NCBI GenBank assembly: GCA_024137785.1 | Contig: JAHRHZ010000002.1 | Span: 5,614,661-5,678,660, forward strand | From: Ginglymostoma cirratum | Lineage: Eukaryota | DNA length: 64,000 nt | Direction: 5' to 3' | Shown here: piece after piece, positions 26,152 to 38,301 of the stretch | Position numbering within the stretch: position 1 is the stretch's first letter | How the letters are laid out: each line of letters begins with the position of its first letter | Notes under the pieces: generated by a model | Databases searched by the model: none | The model's input: the letters and a program-made list of their open reading frames with translations, nothing else | Told to the model about the DNA's origin: nothing | Program-made: the position numbers and the translations under genes

Positions 26152-26483
26152 AAATGGGGGAGGGGAAGAGGGTTCTGAAATAAATAGGGAGAGAGGGGGA
26201 GGCGGATAGAGGATGGATAGAGGAGAGGATAGGTGGAGAAAAACTACTGCGAAGCCTCTTCTAAGGATGCCTACCCTGAAGAAGTTACCCTCCTCCCTCC
26301 GGACAAACCTCAGGGAATCTCTCTCCCACTGCAACTCTCTCATCACCTCTTCGGCCTTGAAACTGCTCGACCACGTCCTGATATTGAGCAGTTTTTCTCC
26401 ACCTATCCTCTCCTCTATCCATCCTCTATCCGCCTCCCCCTCTCTCCCTATTTATTTCAGAACCCTCTTCCCCTCCCCCATTT

Positions 26484-26511
26484 CTGATGAAGGGTTTAGG
26501 CCCGAAACGTC
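26484..26511 (+). ncRNA. Minimal hammerhead ribozyme motif
   Basis: CTGATGAAGGGTTTAGGCCCGAAACGTC. Confidence 0.65.
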
Positions 26512-27546
26512 AAGTTTTCCTGCTCCTATGATGCTGCTTGACCTGCTGTGTTCATCCAGCCCCATGCTTGTTATCTCTGTTTTTCTCATCTGCTTGATGG
26601 CTGGTTGTTTTATACCACAAGGACAACTGACTGCCCTGCAGAAGAATTTAAGAAGTTAATGATAGGAAAGCTGTGGCTTCAAACAGACAATCAAAGCTAA
26701 ATGTACAAGGAAGAAAGATGTCACTTCTGATAAGAAGGCAAGCTGTAGACTCGATGGTTTCATAGGAGTGGCCAATACTGTGGATAAAAGAATACAAAAG
26801 ATCATTAATAATGTCGCACCAAAAACTTGAAGTATGGAAAATTGTATAAGAATTTATCTCCCAGACTCCTCAAGAGTAGAACTCCAGAGAACAACACTGC
26901 CCAAGGATTGAGACCTGGATACATCCAGAGGTAGGCACTGTTGATTAGAATTGTAACTGAGCTCCATCATTAATCAGGTAAAACCAAGTTGGGTTGTGAG
27001 GCTTAAGGTATCTTATTTTGGTTACTACGTTGAAATAAAGTTTAAATAATTGTTTCAGTATTTTGTTGTGAGAATTCTTAATAAGTAGCTTGATTAAAGG
27101 TAGCCTATGATGATTTACCCACAACCAGGGGTACAAATTAGAGGGGTAATGAAGTGAAGCAGACAGGCATGAGAGGTCTCACTCAGACGGCAGTAAAGTG
27201 AAAGCTGCATAGGAACAGAAGTAGGCCATTCAGCCCTTTAAGCTTACTCTACCATTCAATACAACCATAGCTGATCTTGCTCTTAAATCCTTCACGGGAT
27301 ACGAGCTAGACCAGCATTTCTGGCTCATTCCAGGTGCCCAGTGGGCAGTTAAGAGTTGAACACATAGCTTTGGGATTGGCTACACAGGGACCAGACTACC
27401 TGGGTTGGTAGATTTCCTTCCTTGAGGAGGCTTTAGTGAACCAGATGAGTGCGGGAAATATTGTCTCAGCATCTACTATGACAAGACCCCCTCAAAGTCT
27501 TATAGGTTTTGGTAATATCACTCCTTATTTTTCTAAGATGGTGTAT

Positions 27547-27984
27547 ACAGCCAGTTCTGCTATAAGGTAAGAGTTGTAGTCCTGTGCAACATCGCGTTAT
27601 AGAAAATTGCGCTATAGAAATACCAGGGCCTACGGGAAAAGTGGGGTTGGGGCAGACCACCAAAAAGAAAACAAGTTGCTCAAAATTGCTCCAAAATCAC
27701 TCAGAAGTCCAACCCAAAGGAGAGCACAATTTAAATAAATGTTTAATTCATATCTAATAATGAAATAAAGTAAATTTAACACTTTACCCTGAAAGATTGT
27801 CAAGATGACTTGATGGGGGAGGAGGTTGTACTGTATCTCTCACAGAAAGCACTTCATGACAAAGCCCGTGAAACAATCATGTGATCTACTCCTCTGTGCA
27901 CCAATGGAATTGCATTCCCCTATTCGCCAATGGCGTTACAGCCAATTTGGGTTCCGAAACACACACTTTAGCAAAACCAACTGT
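27547..27984. mobile_element. Possible Tc1/mariner (Tigger-like) MITE
   Basis: TA-CAGCCAGTTCTGCTATAA left end and a degenerate inverted TTAGCAAAACCAACTG right end. Confidence 0.4.
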
Positions 27985-30900
27985 GCAATAAATAAACAAA
28001 TTGCTGAAGGTGATGGTGCATTTTGAAATGTCTTCTGGGATCCTGGACTTTTAAGTGGAGGATTAGTGCGGAAAAACAGTGAAGGTATAATAAAGGTAAA
28101 ATTGCTACAGTCTTAGAAGACAATAGGGCTGCTCTCTCATCAGAGATAGATGATTGGTGGTGGTTTAACCTAAAGATCACCACACCTCAAATGAGGAGAG
28201 AGATTGAGAAGGAGAGTCTTTTACGGTCACCTCAGCCAGCGCAGGAATTAAACACATTGTATTGGCATCACCTGCATCACAGACCAGCCATACAGCCAAC
28301 TGAGCTAACCAGCCCCCTTCCATAAAGCACTCCTGTGATCTGAACTGAAGCAGTAAGTACAATTCTGGATATCACACTCCAGGCCGGCTACGAAGGTTTG
28401 AAAGAAGGTACAGAAAAGATTTAGTCAGGATGGTGTTGGGACTGAGTGATTCAGTTATGTAGACAGTATGGTGAAAGAAGGGCTGATCTCCTGAGAGGAG
28501 ATAGCATGGAAGGGTTCAGAATCAAGACGGGCTTAGACAGAGCATTGTAAAAGAAGCCTGATGAACTGGGAACCAGAGGACATCGATTCAAGGTAATTGA
28601 CAGACAAACCAATGGCAGCATGAGCAGTGAGGATCTGGAATGCAGTGCCTCAAACTGTGATGGGGGAGTTTTCAGTAGCGGCTTTCAAAAGGTTAAGCAT
28701 TTGTAGAGCAAACATTTGCAGGGCTAGAGCGCAGGGGAGTGGGACAAACGGCTGGTCTCCTGTGATGTAACCACTCTATCATTTTATGGCTTGATGATCA
28801 ATCCCACCAAGATTGAACAGGATGGAAATTGGGAAGCCATCATTGGTATTTTTTATATGTTATAGATAGAAGAGAAACTTAACACTGGCAGACCAGTGTA
28901 ATTGATGCATCTAGCCTGTTATGACACAAATGTGATTTCAACTTTGATCCAATGTAACGATGTGGGGGTAATTAACCACAAGACCGCAAAATTCCAAATG
29001 CGTTTATTTCATTCCCATCTGGAGATGTACATTACTGCTTCTGTGCAGTATTTCAGCCAGGGTGTGAAAACATTGCACAACAGGCCACAGTTTAACCTCA
29101 GAAGGGAGCACCATTCTACTGTGGGGGCACTTTGAAGGAGCCCTATTGTGCCCTCAGCTTAGTTCCATGTGTTTGTTTCCCAGAACTCAAAGCTTTGCTT
29201 AATTTAGTCTTCAGTCTATCCTGCGGCTCAGAAGCTTATTGCAGTGACCGTACTCCTGATCCAAGCTAAGGTCAGCTTTCGACATTTTTATCAATAAAGA
29301 AAGAATTAACATTATTTATGTGACATCTTTCACAGCCTCTGGATGTGTCAGAGTGTTTTGCACTTAATAAAATGCGTTTTTGAAGAGTAGTTACTTGCAG
29401 GGATACACAAGAGCCAATTTAGACACAGCAAGATCTCACATCCAGCAATCTGGTGAATGACTAGATCTGTTTCAACAGAGTCATAAACGGGATTGTGCAT
29501 TAAAAGATCCAATCTGAATGGTTGGGATAAAATGAGGAACTGGTATTGGGTTTTTGGAAGCAGCATCTGGTTTCTGGACTGTTAACATTGTAGTTCCAGG
29601 AGCATCTATCTTTGGTCAGTTCCTATTTCTCAACTACATGCTGTCCCTTGGCAACATCATCTGAAAATACAATATTCCGTAATGTCTGCTGATAAGTCCC
29701 AGCTCTGCCTCATCATTACCTATCTTGACTTGTTTAGCATCCGGTACCAGAGATAAGTGGAAATTGGGAACCATCTGAGCTTTACAACTTGAGCTTGAGA
29801 TGAACTTCCAACCACATTGGCTCTGGTATGAAGATTGTCATCTCTGCAACACTTTTAGCTGGAATGGAAATTGAGCAAGTAAAACCACTGGAAAAGGAGA
29901 GAGAGAGTTTGATGTTGGCAACAATGGTCGTTCAAGCTTCAGATGCTTCAGAAAATAACAGGCCAGGTCAAGAAGGGCCTGAATGGACAGTATCAGAAGA
30001 TGGACAGAGAGAGGAATGACAACAGTGTACTGCCTGCAGTGAACAGAGAGAGAGATGCTTACAACTCTTTGTAAAATCTGAATGAATGGATGGATTATTT
30101 TGCAATAGCCAATACAGTGAATTGTTGAGTTAAAGGACCATGCAAGAACAGGGAAACTTGAGGGTATTTGTATAGAAACATGACAGAGCGGGCTGACAAA
30201 ACAGTTAATTAAATATTTCTGATCCTGATCTTTATGGGTAGTGGAATAAATTATAACAGATACAAAGCTTTGCTAAACTTACCTAAAATGTTCAAAGAAC
30301 TGCCTTTAATTCAAGACACTACAGCACATGGACGGCAGCAGTTCAAGATGACAGCTCACTACCAGTTACTCAAGGCCTGCTAGGGATGGGCAACGAATGC
30401 TAGCCCAGTCAGAAAAGACCATATTCCGTGAATGAATAAAAATGAAACTTTATTCATTAGGAAGGACATGAACAGTTGCCAAAAAGTACAGATGAAATTC
30501 ATACGAATGGTTGCAGGGATGAGGGATTTCAGTAGATTTCAGTCTACTGATTGTTGAACTGTAAAAGGAAGGTTATCATTAACCTGGAGAGGGTTCGAAA
30601 GAGATTTACCAGGATGTTGCTGGGGGTGGAAGGTTTGAGTTATAAGGAGAGGCTGGATAGGCTGGGACTGGAGTGTAAGAGTTTGAGGGGTGACCTTATA
30701 GAGGTTTAGAAAACCATGAGAGGTGTACGACAGGTGTCTTTTCCTTAGCGTGAGGCTTTCAAGATCAGGGGGCATATTTTTAAAGTGAGAGGAGAAAGAT
30801 TTAAAAAAGACATGGGGGCAATTTTCTTATTCAATGTGGTTTATGTGTGGAATGAACTTCCAGAGGAAATGGTGAATGTAGGTACAGTTACAATGTTTAA

Positions 30901-33900
30901 AAGATTTTGGGTTACGACATGAATTAGAAATGTTTGGAAGGATATGAGTCAAGCACAGGCAGGTGGGAATAGTTTAATTTTGGGATTATGCCCAGTGTGG
31001 ACTGATTGGACCGAAGAGTCTGTTTTTGTGCAGTATTGGTCTTTGCTGAATGTCCTCAAATATTCAGTTCCCATTCTCAGTCACTATGCAGCCACATTTC
31101 CACAATAGCAATTAGATCATACTCACTTAACTCTAGATGTGCATTTAAATCATTTCTCTGGTTGTGAATGCTGTGTGCATTGATGTAGAGTGCCATTAAC
31201 CTTTTTACATTATTTTGCATTCTGAGCTCAGTTGATGCTGGATTGTAAATCACCTCCCTTTAATTTCACTTGCCACTTGTCTATATCCTGTTACTAATTG
31301 CCTCCTCTCAATTTGAGTTATTCCTCAGGTTCCTTGAGTGAGATTAAAACATTTTCAGCAGTAGCAAATCTCCTTTCATGACAAACAGTCCCAGTCCTGT
31401 CCCAACTCATCCAGTTTGCACATGTCCCTCCTGCCCGAGAACATACCTAATGTCTAGTGTAGGAGCAAATTACTGCAGATGCTGGAATCTGTACTGAAAA
31501 CAAAAATTCCTGGAAATCACAGCTGCTCCGGCAGCATCCATGGAGAGAAATTAAGCTTACGTTTTGAGTCTAGATGACTGTTCATCAGAACTGTCTTGTT
31601 CTCTCCCTCCTACATTAATTCTCTAGCCAAGTGTTCAATTAATCCATCTTTCTAATCCTATGCTTGGGACAATGGGAGTAATTGTGAGATTACTGCTCCT
31701 GATGTCCTCTTTTTATTAAAAAAATTCCTTCCTAGCTCTCTAAAATTTTCTTTCAGGACCTCATCTCTGTTCCTACCTATCTCATTGGTACCAATGTAGA
31801 GCATAACCTCTAGATGTTTGCCATCTACCAGAAGGATGCCCAGCAGCTGTTCTGGGACATTCTTGAGCCTGGAAACCGGTTGAGGGGGGGGGAGGTCGGA
31901 ACCATCCTGGAGTCACATTTATCGCTTCAGAAATGCCTGCTTGATCCCCTGCATATGGAAGTCTTTATCACCATCACTCTTGCCCACTTTTTCAGCCTCT
32001 CGCAGACAGCAGAGTGACAAGTGGTGCCATAGACTTGGCTACAGTTGCACTCTCCTGAGGGACAAATGCCTTCACCAGTATCCAAGAGCAATTAGCAAAC
32101 AAGGTCAACTCAGGGAACTTTAACACTGCCTGCTAATCAGTTTTCCATTTTGGATACTCGCGAGGGTGATTCCCACTTGACCACACTTCACCAACATGCG
32201 GTGTGACCACCTCCATATCCATGTTATGCAAATGGTTCGCTGCCTCATTATGGATAGCAGTGAGTCTAGCCACCACTGGAGTTGCAAAGCTCGGACATCA
32301 AGGTTATGCAGCTGGTTACATTTCAGTGGACACATTTGTCTAGGACATATGGTACACCCATGACTTCCCACATATTGCAGGATATCCAATCCCTTTGGCT
32401 GAGTTGGCCTGCCATACTGTAAACTTTTTAAAAATAACTTAATTCAATTAGAATAAGCATGATAAATTCAGTTACCCACCAATCAATTTTTTCCCCTGTA
32501 CCAAAGTAACAAACAATTGTTGGAGGCTGCAAAATAGTAGGAAAAGGAAAGAAAGAAAAGAGCATGAGAACTTCTTTCTTGTCCCCATCCAACTCTTTTA
32601 CTTACCAAGTTCCCACTTGACAATCTATGAGCATCCAAAGCCACACTGAGTACGAGAGTGAGATATTCAGGAGTGAGGTGCAATGGAGTGAAAGGTGCAG
32701 GTTTGCTGAATGAAGGGTGGAGGAGTGAAGGACAAAGTGTGAGAGTTGGAGGAGTGGAGGTGAGGTATACAGCATTGAGTGGTGAGTGTTTGAGAAGTGA
32801 GTATTGCAAGAGGGAAGGAACGAGGATTGAGGCTATAATGACTGCTCGAGGGAAACACAGGGGCACAGTGGGTAGCAGGTTCAATTCCACCCTCTGGCAA
32901 CTATCCCTGTGGAATTTACACATTCTCCTTGTGTTTGCATGGGTTTCCTCTGGGTGCTCTGGTTTCCTCCGACAGTCCAAAGCTGTACAGTTTAGGTGGA
33001 TTGGCCATACTAAATTGCTCATAGTGCCCAGAGATGTGTAGCTAAGGTGGATTAGCAATGGGAAATGCAAGGTTATAGGAATTAGGTGGGGGAAGGGGGT
33101 TTGGGTGAGATGTTTTTCGGAGTGTCAGCGTGGACTCAATGGGATGAATGACCTGTTTCCACACTGTTGGGATTCTATGAATGAAAAATGGGGAAGTGAA
33201 GAGTTCAGAAGTGAGGGATACAGCAGTGATGGGTCCAAAGGGAGGGGTGCAGGAATGAAAGGTGGAGGTAATGAAGAGTGCAGTGAAGGTGGAATAGTGC
33301 AGGGGGGAGGGTGCGTGGAGCTGCAGAAGTGAGGATAGAGGACTGAGGGGTGGAATGAGATGAAAGAATGAGAGGTGCAGAAGTGAGAGATTCAGGAATG
33401 AGGAGTGAAGCATTGAGTGGTACAGGAATGAGGGATGAAGCGGTGAGCATCATAGAGTTGTGGAGACCCACAGCTTGGAAACATGGCCTAACTAGCCCAT
33501 GCTGCCCAGTTTTCACAATTAAAGTAGACTCTTTTGCCTGCATTTGGTCCATATCCCTCCATACCCATCCTATCCATGTACCTGTCTAAATGTGAGGGGT
33601 GCAGGAGAGAGGGGTGCAACAGTGAATGGTTCAGTAATGAGGGATATGGTAGTGAATGGTACAGGATTGACAGATGTAAGACTGAAGAATGTGAAGGAGG
33701 AGGTGTGACATTGGGGGGTGAAGCTGCGGGGGATATGGAGTTGACGGTGCAGCTGTGAGGGGTGTGGAGTGGAGAGGTACAGCATTGAGGGGTATGGAGT
33801 CAAGGGTGCAGGAATGGGGAGAACAGGAGCGAGGGGTTCAGGTCTGAGAAATTGAGGAATGAGGGGTGCAGGAGTAACTGAGTGAGGAGTGGTGATAAGG

Positions 33901-34784
33901 ATGTTACAACTACAGGAAGTTGTGCAACTGAACATTAACATTGGAACAGGCTCCCAGGAGTGACAGACAGAAGTATAGTTGAGGGATCACCAAGCTTTTA
34001 TACCTGAATAATCTTGCGCCTAAAGTAAACACAATTGGGTGCCACATTTGCAAAACAAATACTTGACAAATTGCTAGATATCTCTGTTAGAATACATTAT
34101 AAACAAAACACATGAAATGTATCTATATATTAATGGCAAAAAATACAATCTTCAAAATAAATATCTTGACTTTTTAAAACTATAATTTATACCATAAAGT
34201 TATGCAAAAATGCACACTTTACATTCATCAAAAAAAGCCCCCAAAGAATTATGGATGCTTGAAATCTGAAACAAGACAGAAATTGCTGGAGAAACTCAGC
34301 AGACCTGGCAGGATCAATGGGGAAAAAGTAATGTTTGGAATCCAGTTACCCTTCTTCAGAACTGATAGTAGCTAGGAAAAGGTAGGATTAATGCTGAATA
34401 TGTGATGCAGGAGAATAGGTGAAGACAGAGTCCAGAGAGAGAGGGAAAGAAAGTTTGGCAGACAAAGGGATGGCTTATAGTAAGCCCGGAATAAAGAAAG
34501 AAATGATTATGGGGACGAGAAATGAGTGAAAGTTCATTGGCTGTGCATGACATGACAAGGTGCGAGCAGCTAAAGGACATCGAAGGTGGTGTTCAGGCCC
34601 TAAAATTATTGAACTCGGTATTGCGTCCCGAAGGCTCCGAGCAGAAAATGAGACCTTATTTCTTCCAGAATTGTTCTGAGCCTCGCTTGGGCACTGCTGA
34701 GTTTCCCTTGTAATTTCTGTTTTTGTTACAGGTCTTCAGCATCCGCAGTTGTTTGCTTTATTTTTAGAATTTAAACAGAAAACA

Positions 34785-36150
34785 CTTTAAACGTCAAGTT
34801 TTCCTGCTCCTATGATGCTGCTTGACCCACGCTGGTTACTTTCGGAATGAATTCTTTCAGGTGGACAGTGCCAGACTCGGTGATGGGGACAGACAGGAAA
34901 GAGCACTCCAGTAAAACCACTGAGGCTTTGATGGGCGATGTCGTTGCCGTTCCTTGGGCAGGTAGCAATCCTTTTTCGGTATCCTGTCGGCAAGCTATCA
35001 CAGGAAGCTACTGTCGTTAACTCCGTTCTCCCTTCTCCGGCCAAATGTTGATGTTGCATACATCTCTCCGCGGACTGATGTCACCCACCAATGGGGAAGT
35101 CACACGGAACTGATGTTTTGATGGGCTTTAGGTCAGGATGAGTAGCTTCCCCTCCCTGTTTCCTGTGCTGGTGAAGTCTCTAATGGGAGACCTGGTCACA
35201 CTTGGAGGGAGTGAGTGCCTTGAGGCTGGTTACTTCAGACACACTGACGCCCCGGAAGAGTTTCCCTAGGGCTGCTGCTGACGACCAGGCAGTCGGCAGC
35301 AGGTATTCAGGTGCACGGGTAGGACTCCAGGTGTCGATCCTGGTGTAGTTGCAGATGTAGTTTCCAGTGTGTCTCCTGGCGTAGTTCCCTGCGTAATCCC
35401 TGGTGCTGCTGTTCCAATTGTAGATTTTACTGTAGTACCTGGATTTGATTTGCCGTCTGATTTCTAGTGTTGGTTTCCAGTGTAGCTCCTGGTATCTCTC
35501 CTAGTATAGTTCCCTGTGGGTAAGTCCTGGTGTACTTCGCTCTGGGAAATTCCAGATATTCCTGTACCTGGTGTAGCTGCTAGTGCAGCTCCAAGTGTCT
35601 CTCCTGGTGGCAGCTCCCAGTGTCGCTCCTGTACTGCTGGTCACAGTTTGGAGAATGGAGAGTTCGAAGAGATGCGCAATGATTCTGCATTTGACTGCGT
35701 TGTCTCTCCTCACTGCAGCTGGAGCCCATGCTGGTAAGGACGGACATTCCTGGTTGGGGTGGTGGGGAATGAATGAGCTGGTGCTGGTAGCGGTCACTCA
35801 CCCGCGGACCGAGTGAAATATCTTTGCCGCTCTACGAAGTCTGCGTGACGAGTTGAGGGATTGAAATCCTGTCTCACAATCCTCTCACAAGAGTGCGGGA
35901 TAAACACAAGCAAACTCTCAAATCGTAAGTTGCGAGCAAACTGCTCATTTCGTGCCCAACGGGGTCAACTTCGCAAATAAAACTCCAGCGAAGATGCCTC
36001 CGCAGAGTCCTTCACTGAGAGACGATCAGCACAGACAGAGAGAGTGAGAGGCAGAGATAACACAGTGTGCAGCTGGATGAACACAGCAGGCCGGGGGGCA
36101 TCAGAGGAACGGGGAAGTTGACGTTTCGGGTCGGGACCCTTCTTCAGAAG
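34785..36150 (-). mobile_element. Decayed 5' part of a Penelope-like element
   Basis: Hammerhead-bearing terminus at 36055-36150. Degenerate ORF-start similarity, an internal low-complexity repeat and VPITESGTVHLKEFIPK resembling the PLE LPL.E.E.SVL..GL.FIP motif. Inverted terminal fragment at 34785-34830. Confidence 0.45.
36120..36147 (-). ncRNA. Minimal hammerhead ribozyme motif
   Basis: Reverse complement CTGAAGAAGGGTCCCGACCCGAAACGTC, with a 5-bp stem II GGGTC/GACCC. Confidence 0.65.
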
Positions 36151-36159
36151 CGTCGCGAC

Positions 36160-37940
36160 TGACAGAGTGCTGCACTGTCAGAGGGTCAGTACTGAGGGAG
36201 TGCCGCACTGTCAGAGGGTCAGTACTGAGGGAGCGCCGCACTGTCAGAGGGTCAGTACTGAGGGAGTGCCGCACTGTCAGANNNNNNNNNNGGGAGTGTC
36301 GCACTGTCAGAGGGTCAGTGCTGAGGGAGTGTCGCACTATCAGAGGGTCAGGACTGAGGGAGTGCCGCACTGTCAGAGGGTCAGTACTGAGGGAGTGCCG
36401 CACTGTCAGAGGGTCAGTACTGAGAGATGGTGCACTGGTCAGAGGGTCAGTGCTGAGGGAGTGCCGCACTGTCAGAGAGTCAGTGCTGTGGGAGTGCCGC
36501 ACTGTCAGAGGGTCAGTACTCAGGGAGTGCCGCACTGTCAGAGGGTCACTGCTGAGGGAGTGTCGCACTGTCAGAGGGTCAGTACTGAGGGAGCGCTGCA
36601 CTGTCAGAGGGTCAGTACTGAGAGATGGTGCACTGTCAGAGGGTCAGTACTGAGGGAGTGTGACATTGTCAGAGACTCAGTAAAAAGGGAGTGCCACGCT
36701 GTCTGAGGGTCAGTACTGAGGGAGTGCCGCACTGTCAGAGGGTCAGTACTGAGGGAGTGCCACACTGTCAGAGGGTCAGTACTGAGGGAGTGCCGCATTG
36801 TGAGAGATTCACTAATGAGATAGTGCTGCACTGTCAGAGGGTCAGTAATGAAGTAGCTCTGTACTGTCAGAGGGTCAGTACTGAGGGAGTGCCGCATTGT
36901 GAGAGATTCACTAATGAGATAGTGCTGCACTGTCAGAGGGTCAGTAATGAAGTAGCTCTGTACTGTCAGAGGGTCAGTACTGAGGGAGTGCTGCACTGTT
37001 AGAAAGTCCTTACCGAGGGAGTGCAGCATTGTCAGATGCCCTGTGCTGTGGGAGCACTGCAGAGACACATAGAAAGTACTGATGAGGTGCTGCTCTGTCA
37101 GAGGGTCAGTACTGAAAAATCCGCATGATCAGCGGGTCAATACTGAGGGAGTGTCTCAATCTCTGTGGGTCAGTATTGAGGGAGTATCTCACTCCCAGAG
37201 GATCACTACCATTGGAGCACTGCACTGTCAGAGCATCAACACTGAGGTAGCACTGCATTATTCTCGGGTTAATACCAAGGGAATGCCACCCTCTTAGAGG
37301 ATCAGTACTGAGGGAGTGCTGCATGGTCAGAGGGTCAGTACTGACAGATTGCCACGCTGAAAGAGGGTCAGTACTGACGGAGTCCAGTGGTGCTCCAACA
37401 TCAATACCAAGGGAATGCTGCACTGTTACATGTTCAGTACCAAGGGAATGCCGCACTGTCAGAGGGTCAGTACGGAGGGAGTGCTGCACAGTCAAGGGTC
37501 CGTGCTGAGAGATGCTGCAATGTGAGAGGGTCAGTACTGTACGAGTACCACACTAGCAGTAGATAAGTACTCAGGGAGCACTGTACTGTCAGAGAGTCAT
37601 TAAGGAGGGAGTTCTGCACTCTGAGAGGGTTAGTACTGAAGGAGTGCAGCAGTGTCAAGAGATCAGTACTGAGGAAGCTCTGCACTGACAGCAGGTCAGT
37701 ACTGTGGGACCACTGTAGAGTTAGAGGGTCAGTACTGCGGAAGAGCCGCACTGTCAGGGTAAGCACTGAGGGAGTGCTGTACTGTCAGTGTGTCAGTACC
37801 AGGGAGCACTACACTGTCAGAGGGTCAGTACTAGGGAGCACTACACTNNNNNNNNNNCAGAGGATCAGTACAAGGGAGCACTACACTGTCAGAGGGTCAG
37901 TACTGAGGGAGTGCCGCAATGTCAGTGGGTCTGTACTGAG
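36160..37940 (-). repeat. 33-bp satellite array (CACTGTCAGAGGGTCAGTACTGAGGGAGTGCCG)n, two assembly gaps
   Basis: Direct tandem units; the 33-nt unit gives spurious repetitive ORFs. Confidence 0.95.
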
Positions 37941-38189
37941 GCAGCAATCCTTTTTTAAGTAATGAAGAATGGAGTTAGGATAAAGAGGAGAGATTCTAAC
38001 AGGGATTAAGGGGATGAACGTTTATAGAAGAGGATGGTGGAATGAGTTGTTGAGGACTGAAGGATAAGGGTGGACGTCTGCTGTGGCGAATTTAAACATG
38101 TCAACATGTTGAAGAGGATACAGTCGCCACTGGGCACATGTTGGGAGAGGCGACTGGGACAGGCTCTGGCTTTAACAAGGCACTATTGA

Positions 38190-38301
38190 ATGGTTCCCTG
38201 GTCTTTCCTGTTTCTCTACTTTCTACTTTACCACAAGCTGTTACTGGAAGCTGCTCTCATTGTCTCAGTCCCCTCCTCAAGCAGCAGCACCACAGTTTGT
38301 G
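38190..38301 (+). CDS. Gene B candidate exon 1 (leader MVPWSFLFLYFLLYHKLLLEAALIVSVPSSSSSTTVC)
   Basis: Hydrophobic ATG-initiated segment between the satellite and the alpha1 exon, ending TGT G|gtgacc (phase 1, weak donor). Confidence 0.5.

Larger units (their letters stand above)
26026..26576. mobile_element. Short Penelope-derived insertion: inverted ~188-bp termini around the ORF N-terminus
   Basis: 26058-26245 is the reverse complement of 26390-26577. The middle encodes MPTLKKLPSSLRTNLRESLSHC... CTGTTTTTCTCATCTG flanks both sides (26010-26025, 26577-26592). Confidence 0.85.

Noticed and set aside
32650-33900. Many 70-195-aa ORFs in a purine-rich block
   Set aside because: Degenerate GAGTGAGGGGTGCAG low-complexity sequence with a SINE inserted; no protein motifs.
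36160-37940. 33-bp palindromic repeats resembling a CRISPR array (also 49530-50310)
   Set aside because: Units are head-to-tail with no unique spacers, there are no cas genes, and the DNA is vertebrate. This is a satellite.
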